A stretch of 17,496 bases of DNA, taken from positions 1 through 17,496 of the forward strand of contig CAZBPC010000070.1 in assembly GCA_964493715.1 (NCBI GenBank), given 5' to 3'. The notes below the pieces were generated by a model. It saw only the letters and a list, made by a program, of their open reading frames with translations, was not told the DNA's origin and searched no databases. The position numbers and the translations under genes are program-made. The DNA is from an uncultured archaeon. Lineage in GTDB: Archaea > Asgardarchaeota > Lokiarchaeia > Sigyniarchaeales > SOKP01. The first letter of the stretch is position 1. Every line of letters begins with the position of its first letter. This document shows, piece by piece, positions 7,337 to 15,590 of the stretch.

Positions 7337-9280
7337 ATGAATATTCATAAATTAATGAATGATACTTCAGGAAAGGTAAATTTTTTATTAGGAAATGAAG
7401 CAATTGTCCGTGGAGCTTTAGAAAGTGGGGTGGATGTCTACACATTTTACCCAGGTACTCCAAGTTCAGAAATTGGTGAGATTTTCATGCGAATTCACAA
7501 TGATATTGGAATGAAGTGGGTGGAATCGAGTGTAAATGAAAAGGTTGCTATAGAAATCGCTGGAGCAGCATATGCGAGAGGAGCTACTGCCATGGTTGGG
7601 ATGAAAAATGTTGGCTTAAATGTTGCCTCTGATCCGCTATTTGCGATTGCAACTACTCGTCCTAAAAACTTTAACTCCGCTTTGGTTGTTATAGTAGCAG
7701 ATGATCCCCAAGCGCATTCCAGCGCCGTAGAGATGGACTCAAGATATTATTTAAAACTGTTAAAAATTCCAGCATTAGAACCAAGTGATCCTCAAGAATG
7801 TTTAGATTTTACAAAAAAAGCCTTTGAGATTTCTCGAGAATTAAAGCTTCCTGTAATTGTAAGGACTGTCACGATGGTTTCTCATGCGAGAAGTAATGTT
7901 GTATTTGGAGATTTAAAAAGTTCAGATATTTCTAATGAATTTGATTTATCAAAAGAAGTAAATGTGGCTTCAAGGCTATACTTTCTTGAGTTAAAGGATG
8001 ATCAAATTTACTCTCGAATGAATAGGGCTTTACACATGTCAGAAGAGAGCTCTTTAAACAAAATTGTTAATCTAGAAGACGAAAATAAATACAGATTAGG
8101 AATCGTTACAAGCGGAGTGTCATATCACTATGCTTTAGAGGCTCTTGATCATTTAGGTATCTCAATTCCCATTCTTAAACTCGGTTTTATCAATCCTTTT
8201 CCAGTTAAAGTTGTTACAGAATTTCTTAAGAAGTTTGATAAAGTACTTGTTATAGAAGAAATGGATGCGTTTCTAGAAGACCAGATCCTTGCTGTTGCAA
8301 AAATTGCTGACATTAATACGCAAATTTATGGTAAATTTCCTTTTTCTTATTCGAAAGAACAATCTCTATTACCACTTGTAGGAGAGTTAAATCCTACAAT
8401 AATAAATTTAGCCTTGAAAAAAGTATTGGGGAAAGATTTTACTCCAAATCAAAATGAAGTGAATTCGATCGAACTCGAAACAATGAAGAGACTTCCACTC
8501 TTGTGTTCAGGATGTCCGCATCGCACTACGGGTTATGCTTTGAAGGAAGTTATCAATAAAATAAAATCATTAAAAGGAGTGGATACATATTTTTATCAAG
8601 ATATTGGATGCTATACGATGTTGTCTTATCCTCCTCTTGGATTTGCTAATGTTAAGTATTGCATGGGGTCCAGCATTGCAACAGCTCAAGGTGTTGCTCA
8701 CACAAGCAATGATTTGAACATTGCTATCATAGGAGACGGAACCTTTTTTCACGCGGGCATTCCTGCACTTATAAATGCAGTTCACCATAAAGCACCGATA
8801 TTAGTTTTAATATTAGATAATGGTTGGATTGGAATGACAGGACAACAGCCTCATCCTGGAAGCAATATCATGCACTATCAAGAAGGTATTTATAAAAAAA
8901 ATATTGATTTAGAATCCTTATTAATCGGAATGGGAGCGAACGTAACTTTAATCGACCATAGACCTGAAAGTGATTCTTATTTTAAACATTTAAAAAAACT
9001 TATCCAAAGTAAATGTTTTGAAGTAATCGATAATCAGTCTTTACGGGTAATTTTGATCCGAGATGAATGCATTCAAAAAATTGTCAAACGAAGGACTCCA
9101 ATATTAAGGCAAGTGAATTTTGAATTATGTAATAAATGTGGTTTATGTTACACTCAATTTGCTTGTCCATCAATAAATTTAATCGATGATTCTGTTATTA
9201 TTGATTCAAATTCATGTTTAGGATGTGGGATTTGCGAAGAAATCTGCCCTAACAATGCAATTAACAAGGAGGGGAAATGA
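7337..9280 (+). CDS. iorA: Indolepyruvate:ferredoxin oxidoreductase alpha subunit
   Basis: LLGNEAIVRGA, YPGTPSSEI, NEKVAIE, MKNVGLNVASD, DDPQAHSS, LCSGCPHR, DIGCY, CMGSS, TPP motif GDGTFFHAG...LDNGWIGMTGQQPHP, and C-terminal ferredoxin motifs. The start could be GTG 7331, ATG 7337 or ATG 7355. Confidence 0.93.
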   Translation: MNIHKLMNDTSGKVNFLLGNEAIVRGALESGVDVYTFYPGTPSSEIGEIFMRIHNDIGMKWVESSVNEKVAIEIAGAAYARGATAMVGMKNVGLNVASDPLFAIATTRPKNFNSALVVIVADDPQAHSSAVEMDSRYYLKLLKIPALEPSDPQECLDFTKKAFEISRELKLPVIVRTVTMVSHARSNVVFGDLKSSDISNEFDLSKEVNVASRLYFLELKDDQIYSRMNRALHMSEESSLNKIVNLEDENKYRLGIVTSGVSYHYALEALDHLGISIPILKLGFINPFPVKVVTEFLKKFDKVLVIEEMDAFLEDQILAVAKIADINTQIYGKFPFSYSKEQSLLPLVGELNPTIINLALKKVLGKDFTPNQNEVNSIELETMKRLPLLCSGCPHRTTGYALKEVINKIKSLKGVDTYFYQDIGCYTMLSYPPLGFANVKYCMGSSIATAQGVAHTSNDLNIAIIGDGTFFHAGIPALINAVHHKAPILVLILDNGWIGMTGQQPHPGSNIMHYQEGIYKKNIDLESLLIGMGANVTLIDHRPESDSYFKHLKKLIQSKCFEVIDNQSLRVILIRDECIQKIVKRRTPILRQVNFELCNKCGLCYTQFACPSINLIDDSVIIDSNSCLGCGICEEICPNNAINKEGK

Positions 9281-9861
9281 TGGAATCATCAAATTATACA
9301 ATAGTAATTACGGGATTAGGAGGTCAAGGCATAATACATTTCATTCAGGTTTTAGGTGAAGCAGTAATGGATAAAGGATATTCGGTGATTACTTCTGAAA
9401 CTCACGGTCTAAGTCAACGAGAGGGGAAAGTGAAATGTTTTCTCCGCTATGGAAATAAAATATTAGCCCCGATACCGATGAATGGTTCAGCAGATATCAT
9501 AATTGCACTTGAAAAAAGTTGCATTCTAGATGTATTAAACTTTGCAAAACTAGATAAGAGCACTGAATTGATAATTTCTGAATTTAAAAAACCCATAAAA
9601 AATCAAAAATACATTAGTGATGATTATTTCAACCGTACTCTCCCAAATTTTTCAAAAAATATCCATTATATTACGATTACTGAAATAAAGAATGATATTA
9701 GATTACTAAATACATTGATACTGGGCTATATCATATCTTTTTTACCACTAAGTTATCAAGATCTCCAAAAATCTCTAAATAGCTATTTCTCAGGGGTTAA
9801 TTTGGAAGCAAATCTTAAAGTACTCCAAATTGGACGAATAATAAGGCGAAAAAAAGATTAA
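9277..9861 (+). CDS. iorB: Indolepyruvate:ferredoxin oxidoreductase beta subunit
   Basis: ITGLGGQG, SETHGLSQREG, ADIIIALE, NTLILG, ANLKV. ATGA overlap with the iorA stop and SD GGAGG at 9268-9272 (the second ATG at 9280 is equally plausible). Confidence 0.88.
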   Translation: MMESSNYTIVITGLGGQGIIHFIQVLGEAVMDKGYSVITSETHGLSQREGKVKCFLRYGNKILAPIPMNGSADIIIALEKSCILDVLNFAKLDKSTELIISEFKKPIKNQKYISDDYFNRTLPNFSKNIHYITITEIKNDIRLLNTLILGYIISFLPLSYQDLQKSLNSYFSGVNLEANLKVLQIGRIIRRKKD

Positions 9862-9874
9862 AGGCAACTTCGCA

Positions 9875-11236
9875 TTAGAGGTGTTTTTGTAAGGATATAA
9901 TTCGTTTTTCTAATTTCTTAATTTGAGATTCATTCTCAATTGCTCCTCCACTATTACCCAAAATTGCAATTGCTGACTGGAAGTTTTGAATTGCATTAAA
10001 ATAATCTTTCTTCTTTTCAGCTTTTTCACCGTATTCTAAACAGAAGTCAATTTCTAACGATTTTATTTTTTTATCAAGTTCAAGGATAATAAATGAAATT
10101 TTTCCAATTAACAGTTCAAAATTAAAACCCGTAGCTAAATAGAGTGCTTTTTCATATTCTTTTTGAGCTTCTTTATATGCTAAAGCTTTTTCAGCGGTTT
10201 CTCCTTTCTTGATAAAATTTTCCATTAACTTTTTCGCTTCTTCAGCATCCAATGTGCGAGCTTTTTCTTTTAAATTGTTCATAGCGTCATCATTTGCCAG
10301 TATTGACGAAATTAAGTCATTATCGGCAATTCTTTTTGCACGAGTCTCTTGAAATTTTTTAACTTCAACCGCTAAATTTTCTATTTTCGAAGGAATAATG
10401 ATGTTCCTTTCTAATAGTTGGTAAATTTCATACAATATTATTGATGGATGAGAGTTGACTACTGGTTGTACTTTATCGATGAGATTATTTATGAAGAAGA
10501 AATTTTTGGCGTTTATTAGTTCATTGGCAAAATCAATCACAGCCTTTTGAATGATATTCTTATTAATTATTTCCAAATCCCCAGGTGAAATCATATGGCT
10601 TAAAACCATTGGAAAAACCAACTTGATGTTGAAAGCCTCGATTATAAAATCAATTGTATCATCAAAGTACAACATCCCTGATTTTAGGAGACGTTCAATC
10701 TTTTGATTGTATATTCTTTCATATTCAAATAAAAATTCAACTACTTTTTGTTTCAAACTTTCTGAAGGTTTTCCATCTAATACTAAACAGATTCTAATGA
10801 AGTTACCGTTTTTAATAAGTAAATTAAATGTGTCATATTGAAGTTCATAGAAGTTATGGTTATCATTTCTCGTTTCTATAGATCTTGAACTTGAAAAGGT
10901 AATATTAGCTTGCATGAAACCTATTAATAGATCAATATTAAGGTTAGTTCCTGAGACGGGATAGTTCAATATGAGCAGTCCTGAATCCTTAGTTTGTAAT
11001 ATCACCGATTTTATGTTTAAAACATCCATGAACTTGTACCAAATCAATGATTGCTGCATCTGAATCCGTTTTTCTTCAGAATCCATCATTGATATTTTAG
11101 GATTTTGAGAAGTATCAAACCCTGCTTTAGCGATATACGTTTTTACGCATTCTTTACAGCGATCAGGATAAAAACTACAATCTTCTTTCTCTTTTCCGCA
11201 ATTAAACCCTATTCGACTAACTTGGAAATATACCAT
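9875..11236 (-). CDS. Asgard-type multidomain protein: N-terminal Cys4 motif, longin-like domain, wHTH-like region and C-terminal TPR/MIT-like helices
   Basis: C13-x6-C20-x6-C27-x2-C30. Longin-like pattern IKSVILQTKDSGLLI...DLLIGFMQANITFS...ELQYDTFNLLIKNGNFIRICLVLDGKPSESLKQKVVEFLFEYERIY. Helical repeats GETAEKALAYKEAQKEYEKAL and GEKAEKKKDYFNAIQNFQSAI. Confidence 0.55.
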   Translation of the reverse strand: MVYFQVSRIGFNCGKEKEDCSFYPDRCKECVKTYIAKAGFDTSQNPKISMMDSEEKRIQMQQSLIWYKFMDVLNIKSVILQTKDSGLLILNYPVSGTNLNIDLLIGFMQANITFSSSRSIETRNDNHNFYELQYDTFNLLIKNGNFIRICLVLDGKPSESLKQKVVEFLFEYERIYNQKIERLLKSGMLYFDDTIDFIIEAFNIKLVFPMVLSHMISPGDLEIINKNIIQKAVIDFANELINAKNFFFINNLIDKVQPVVNSHPSIILYEIYQLLERNIIIPSKIENLAVEVKKFQETRAKRIADNDLISSILANDDAMNNLKEKARTLDAEEAKKLMENFIKKGETAEKALAYKEAQKEYEKALYLATGFNFELLIGKISFIILELDKKIKSLEIDFCLEYGEKAEKKKDYFNAIQNFQSAIAILGNSGGAIENESQIKKLEKRIISLQKHL

Positions 11237-11477
11237 TACAATCTTTAATTTTTATATTTATATCTTATACCTTTCAACCTATTATGAATTCCATATTATT
11301 AAGATTTTGGAGATCACGAAAGGATTTGTATCGTCAGTACGAAATTTAAAGTATCATTTTAAATCAAAATGTAATTCAAAATTTCATATGTTTAATATTG
11401 GTACTTTAAGATTAACCTTTAAATATGAGGGAATCTCCTAAATAAAATAATCCAATTTTTTAAAAATGTGATTTATA

Positions 11478-12743
11478 TTGGAAAAAATTACTTCCAAAAA
11501 AGAAATTTCAATTCTATACATATACATTACCCTTATGATTTTTGCGTCAGTATCAGTGATTTCTCCCAAGAATATAGTAGCACCGAGTAGTGAGATTATC
11601 GTTCCTGGTTCGGAATTACATTCTTCTTTTGCAAGCTCGGGCACAAATGACATGAGTCCTTCAAACCTTTTGCCAGGAGATATAATTCTATTAGGAACGG
11701 ATGATACCTTTTTTGATTATCTCATTCCTGGTAAATGGTCTCACACGGTCATAGTAGGGGGAATTGCAGGATTTCATCAAATTTGGGCAACTGAAGAAAA
11801 TACTTGGGTCCCAACAGGAGAAACATGGGTCGTTCATTCGACAATGGATGATATGGGTTCTGGTTTAAGAACTTCCAGATTCAATAATGTGGTCAATGAT
11901 CATGCTGGAAATGTAGTTGCAATGAGAATATTAAAACCTGGCGGTGCCTTGCTATCCTCATCTGAAAGAGCTGCAATCGTAAATTTCGCAGTTTCAAAAA
12001 TAGGTCATGATGAAGGATACGATTGGAATTGGCTTGGGAAACAAATTGGAATTGATACTGCAGATCCAGAGATCGCCCCAGATGGATATTATTGCTCAGA
12101 ATTGGCTTGGGCAGCGTATAAGTCAGTAATAGGAATAGACCTCGATGGAGATTTTTCACCTTTTAACATTGGAGTTTCACCAGAAGACCTATACTGGTCA
12201 CAATATGCTCAAGTAATAGCTTTAGAAATGAATTCGGATCCAAATGGTAATAGCGTTCCTGGAGGGGCTTATGCTGTTGACGCGTCTAATGATCTCTATA
12301 AAATGACTGTTTTTGTTGATGAAGTTTATTACGACGATGAGCATGAAGGTTGGCTCATGGGAGATGGTGAGATGTATCTTAAGTTTTGGATAGGAGAAGC
12401 TTATTTCCCAAGCTGTGCTGCTGGTGGCGATTTAAATGATAATCAATTAGACAAGATAGATGACGCTAATGATGATTGGGAATCAGCAGGTAAAAAAGAA
12501 GCACTGGATTGGAATAATTATCACTATGCTCTATTTTCATATAATTCATATTGTAAGGTTAGAGTACAAGCCTCGGAATATGATTCTACTTCAGGTGATG
12601 ATGATTATCCCGCCTTCCAATGGTGGTGGAGTCCGTCTACATGGCATGGTTATACTAATAACGGCTGGTATTGGTCAGGGTATCGATATGATGTGGGAGA
12701 TTGCCGCTACACAATCTACTTCAGAATAGATTCAGTTTATTAA
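11478..12743 (+). CDS. Exported permuted NlpC/P60 (YiiX/YaeF, C92-like) cysteine hydrolase with acidic C2-like C-terminal domain
   Basis: N-terminal hydrophobic signal/TM segment. LLPGDIIL...GKWSH (His) precedes YYCSELAWAAYK...GIDLD...VSPEDL (Cys), the permuted order. The C-terminal region is beta-rich and Asp/Trp/Tyr-rich. TTG start with SD-like GTGAT at 11468-11472. Confidence 0.8.
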   Translation: MEKITSKKEISILYIYITLMIFASVSVISPKNIVAPSSEIIVPGSELHSSFASSGTNDMSPSNLLPGDIILLGTDDTFFDYLIPGKWSHTVIVGGIAGFHQIWATEENTWVPTGETWVVHSTMDDMGSGLRTSRFNNVVNDHAGNVVAMRILKPGGALLSSSERAAIVNFAVSKIGHDEGYDWNWLGKQIGIDTADPEIAPDGYYCSELAWAAYKSVIGIDLDGDFSPFNIGVSPEDLYWSQYAQVIALEMNSDPNGNSVPGGAYAVDASNDLYKMTVFVDEVYYDDEHEGWLMGDGEMYLKFWIGEAYFPSCAAGGDLNDNQLDKIDDANDDWESAGKKEALDWNNYHYALFSYNSYCKVRVQASEYDSTSGDDDYPAFQWWWSPSTWHGYTNNGWYWSGYRYDVGDCRYTIYFRIDSVY

Positions 12744-12757
12744 ATTTTAAAAATTCC

Positions 12758-12779
12758 TTTTTTTTTTAATTTTTTTTTT
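12758..12779 (+). terminator. Double oligo-T terminator
   Basis: T10 (12758-12767), AA, T10 (12770-12779), starting 15 nt after the stop at 12743. Confidence 0.6.
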
Positions 12780-13063
12780 AAAATATGATATAAAGATCGA
12801 ATTAAATTTTTAGAATACAATTTTGCTAAGGATTTCCTCTTTATTGTGGTATTGAGGTTGAAAATATTAGCTATGATATTATTAATTCGGAACTCAAAAT
12901 CAGATATTCTTATGATTTCAGATACAACTAAGTATTTTGTCTCGAAATCTATTCGGCATCCCACTATTTTCCCAGAATCTAGTTCGTTAGATTTATAATA
13001 GATAAAAGAGATTATTTATTTGTAATTTACCAAAAAAATTAATTTCATATAAAAAAATAGAAA

Positions 13064-13076
13064 TGAATTTTATTCG
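13064..13076 (+). promoter_or_regulatory. Putative Lrp/FFRP-type operator TGAAT-TTT-ATTCG upstream of gdhA
   Basis: 5-3-5 semi-palindrome with a TTT centre. The 20-mer 13061-13080 is 18/20 identical to the reverse complement of 17369-17388. Confidence 0.5.
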
Positions 13077-13092
13077 TTAAATAATAAAAAAA

Positions 13093-14424
13093 GTGGGGAA
13101 AATAATTTATAAAGAAGCCATTGTAATTAGGAATGAAATTGAGGATTCATCTAAGTTAAAGAAACCAGAGAGGGTAAGTAGAAATCCCTATGAAATGGCA
13201 AAAAAACAGATTGATATAGTAGCGAAAGAAATGGATTTAGATGTGAACATTATAAAATATTTGAAAAAAGTCGAACGGTCACTAATAGTATCCATTCCGG
13301 TTGTAATGGATAATGGAGATCTAGAGGTTTTTGAAGGGTTCCGAGTACATCATTCTACGGTACGTGGTCCAGGAAAAGGAGGAATTCGATTTTCACCAGA
13401 TGTTTGTTTGGATGAAGTAAAAGCGCTAGCAACGTGGATGACATGGAAAAATAGTTTACTTAATCTTCCTCTGGGGGGTGCAAAAGGGGGTGTTTGTGTA
13501 GATCCTAGAAAATTATCGATTAAGGAGCTTGAGAGGTTAACTAGAAGATATACGGCCGAAATTATTAATGTAATTGGCCCAGATATTGACATACCTGCTC
13601 CAGATGTAGGGACAGATAAAAGGATTATGGCATGGATTATGGATGTATATTCGATGCAAAAAGGGCGTTCAATTCCTGGGGTAGTGACTGGTAAACCAAT
13701 AGAAATAGGTGGATCTGTAGGGCGAGAAAGTGCTACAGGAATGGGCTTGTATTTTGTAATTGATGCTTTATACAAAAAATTGAATTTAAAACTATCAAAT
13801 GCTACTGTAGTTGTTCAAGGATTTGGAAATGTCGGAGGAACTATTGCTAAGATTTTATTTGAAAAAGGAACGAGTATTTTGGCAGTTTCTGATGTTAGTG
13901 GGGGTTTATATAATAAAGAGGGTCTGGATATTAATAAATTACTCAAGTGGAGAGATCAAAACCGTTTATTGAAAGACTTTATCGAGGAAGATTATATATA
14001 TGTTCAAAATAATGAACTTTTAACAATAGATTGCGATATCTTGGTACCAGCAGCAATTGAGAACCAAATAACCCTCTCAAATGTCGATAATATCAACTGT
14101 GCAGTTATTTTAGAAGGGGCAAATGGACCAACTACACCTGAAGCGGATGAAGTATTGAAAGAAAGAGGAATAATTGTCGTTCCAGATATATTAGCCAATG
14201 CTGGAGGCGTTTGCGTCAGTTATTTCGAATATATTCAGGATATACATAGTTACTTTTGGAAGCTGGATCGGATAAATACTGAGTTGGAGAGTATTATGGT
14301 TAGTACCTTTGAAGAAGTGTATCAACTTTCTGTAAAAAGAAATGTGACCTTGAGAACGGCAGCCTACATTATTGCTATATCAAGACTAGCGAGAGCTATT
14401 GAATTAAGGGGAATATTTCCTTAA
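13093..14424 (+). CDS. gdhA: Glutamate dehydrogenase (Glu/Leu/Phe/Val dehydrogenase family)
   Basis: RGPGKGGIRF, MTWK, GGAKGG, DIPAPDVGT, VTGKP...GGS.GR..ATG, Rossmann VQGFGNVG, EGANGPTT, PDILANAGGV.VSYFE. The GTG start is uncertain because it gives a ~30 aa extension before NPYEMA. Confidence 0.96.
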   Translation: MGKIIYKEAIVIRNEIEDSSKLKKPERVSRNPYEMAKKQIDIVAKEMDLDVNIIKYLKKVERSLIVSIPVVMDNGDLEVFEGFRVHHSTVRGPGKGGIRFSPDVCLDEVKALATWMTWKNSLLNLPLGGAKGGVCVDPRKLSIKELERLTRRYTAEIINVIGPDIDIPAPDVGTDKRIMAWIMDVYSMQKGRSIPGVVTGKPIEIGGSVGRESATGMGLYFVIDALYKKLNLKLSNATVVVQGFGNVGGTIAKILFEKGTSILAVSDVSGGLYNKEGLDINKLLKWRDQNRLLKDFIEEDYIYVQNNELLTIDCDILVPAAIENQITLSNVDNINCAVILEGANGPTTPEADEVLKERGIIVVPDILANAGGVCVSYFEYIQDIHSYFWKLDRINTELESIMVSTFEEVYQLSVKRNVTLRTAAYIIAISRLARAIELRGIFP

Positions 14425-14429
14425 GTAAG

Positions 14430-15314
14430 TTAATCTTCAATTTTTAATTTTATTTTTGAGGTTCTTTTAAAAATTTCAATAATACTAAATACATTCATTT
14501 GTGACCTTATCCCTAAAATCGGTTTTATTTCTTTATTAATCAATTCCCATAATTCTTTCTCATTTATCGTAATGATTTGTAAAAGGAGATTAAACTCTCC
14601 TGCGATTCCTGCGATAAGTTGAATTTCTTCAAAATATTTCAATTTATTAGATATTTCACTTATATTTGAAGGATCGACTGATAGACTAATAATAGCTATA
14701 GTTTCATAACCAACTTTATACGGATTGATAAGTGTATCAAATTTTTCGATAATTCCATCACTTATCATATTTTGTACACGATTGTGAATTGTACTTGCTG
14801 CAAGATGGATTCTTTTACTTATTTCTTTAAAGGATATTTTATAATTCTCTTGTAAAATATTGAGGATCATCTTATCTTTACTATCCAATGAAGGTATACT
14901 AACTTTCTTCAAATTTTTTTGAACTTTTATTTTATGCCTTTCAATTCCATATAAAATAGAGCGAGCTAATATAGTTTCATTTAATTCTCCCTTTAATAAA
15001 TAATCTTGAATTCCTCGATTCAAGGAATTTAGAGCGATTTCTTTATCATCATATCCAGTTAAGATAATAATTGGATATTTTAATGTATAGCCTAAAATGC
15101 CAGATAGAGTAGAATCTTTATCACTATCTGGTAAGGTTAGATCTAACAATATAACGTCAACATTTTTCTTTTTAATATAATCTAAACCTTCAGAAAGTCG
15201 CGTAAAAGTTTCAATTTCAAAAGGACTTAAGGAAGATTTTTTTAATAGTTCCTTAATAAGACGTATATCAGCGGGATTATCTTCAATCAATAATATTTTC
15301 AAATATTTTCTCAT
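14430..15314 (-). CDS. Response regulator: receiver domain fused to a full Lrp/AsnC transcription factor (wHTH + RAM)
   Basis: REC with E11-D12, phosphoacceptor D58 (DVILLDLTLPD), IILTG and DYLLKG. Then the Lrp HTH LDSKDKMILNILQEN...FKEISKRIHLAASTIHNRVQNMISDGII, linker INPYKVGY, and a RAM-like region IAGIAGEFNLLLQI. Confidence 0.88.
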   Translation of the reverse strand: MRKYLKILLIEDNPADIRLIKELLKKSSLSPFEIETFTRLSEGLDYIKKKNVDVILLDLTLPDSDKDSTLSGILGYTLKYPIIILTGYDDKEIALNSLNRGIQDYLLKGELNETILARSILYGIERHKIKVQKNLKKVSIPSLDSKDKMILNILQENYKISFKEISKRIHLAASTIHNRVQNMISDGIIEKFDTLINPYKVGYETIAIISLSVDPSNISEISNKLKYFEEIQLIAGIAGEFNLLLQIITINEKELWELINKEIKPILGIRSQMNVFSIIEIFKRTSKIKLKIED

Positions 15315-15366
15315 CTCTTATAAAGCAAGTTTAAATAAATTAGGTTTTAATTATTTTAAATAATTT

Positions 15367-15399
15367 TGAATAATTTTCATTTAATATGTAATTATTTCA
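15367..15399. promoter_or_regulatory. Tandem putative Lrp/FFRP-type sites TGAAT-AAT-TTTCA (15367-15379) and TGTAA-TTA-TTTCA (15387-15399)
   Basis: Two 13-bp semi-palindromes, 20 bp apart start-to-start, 53-85 nt upstream of the REC-Lrp start in the divergent regulator/kinase intergenic region. Confidence 0.35.
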
Positions 15400-15590
15400 G
15401 TAATAGATTATTTTAAATTGATGGTTAATGCAGAAATTGAATAATCATAAATTTTAATTCGGAATATTATCTTAAAAAACGAATAAAATTTTAATTTATT
15501 CAATTTTTTACTATGAAATTTAAATATATAATTTCACTTTCATAAATCAAGAGAAAGAATATTAACTTCACAAATTTTAAAGAAACCTTT

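Noticed and set aside
502-12729. Short nested ORFs 502-684, 1886-2179, 5759-5971, 6026-6271, 6144-6341, 8570-8788, 11438-11653, 11893-12159, 12460-12729
   Set aside because: All overlap well-supported longer CDSs in alternative or antisense frames and lack recognisable features.
12740-13015. 74-aa minus-strand ORF (12740-12964; open frame extends to ~13015) between the NlpC/P60 gene and gdhA
   Set aside because: No motif or convincing SD. Its Lys-rich tail is just the reverse of the oligo-T terminator, and it overlaps the probable gdhA promoter. A decayed gene remnant cannot be excluded.
13350-14198. 141-aa and 64-aa ORFs antisense to gdhA
   Set aside because: Shadow ORFs wholly within a strongly conserved gene, with no motifs.
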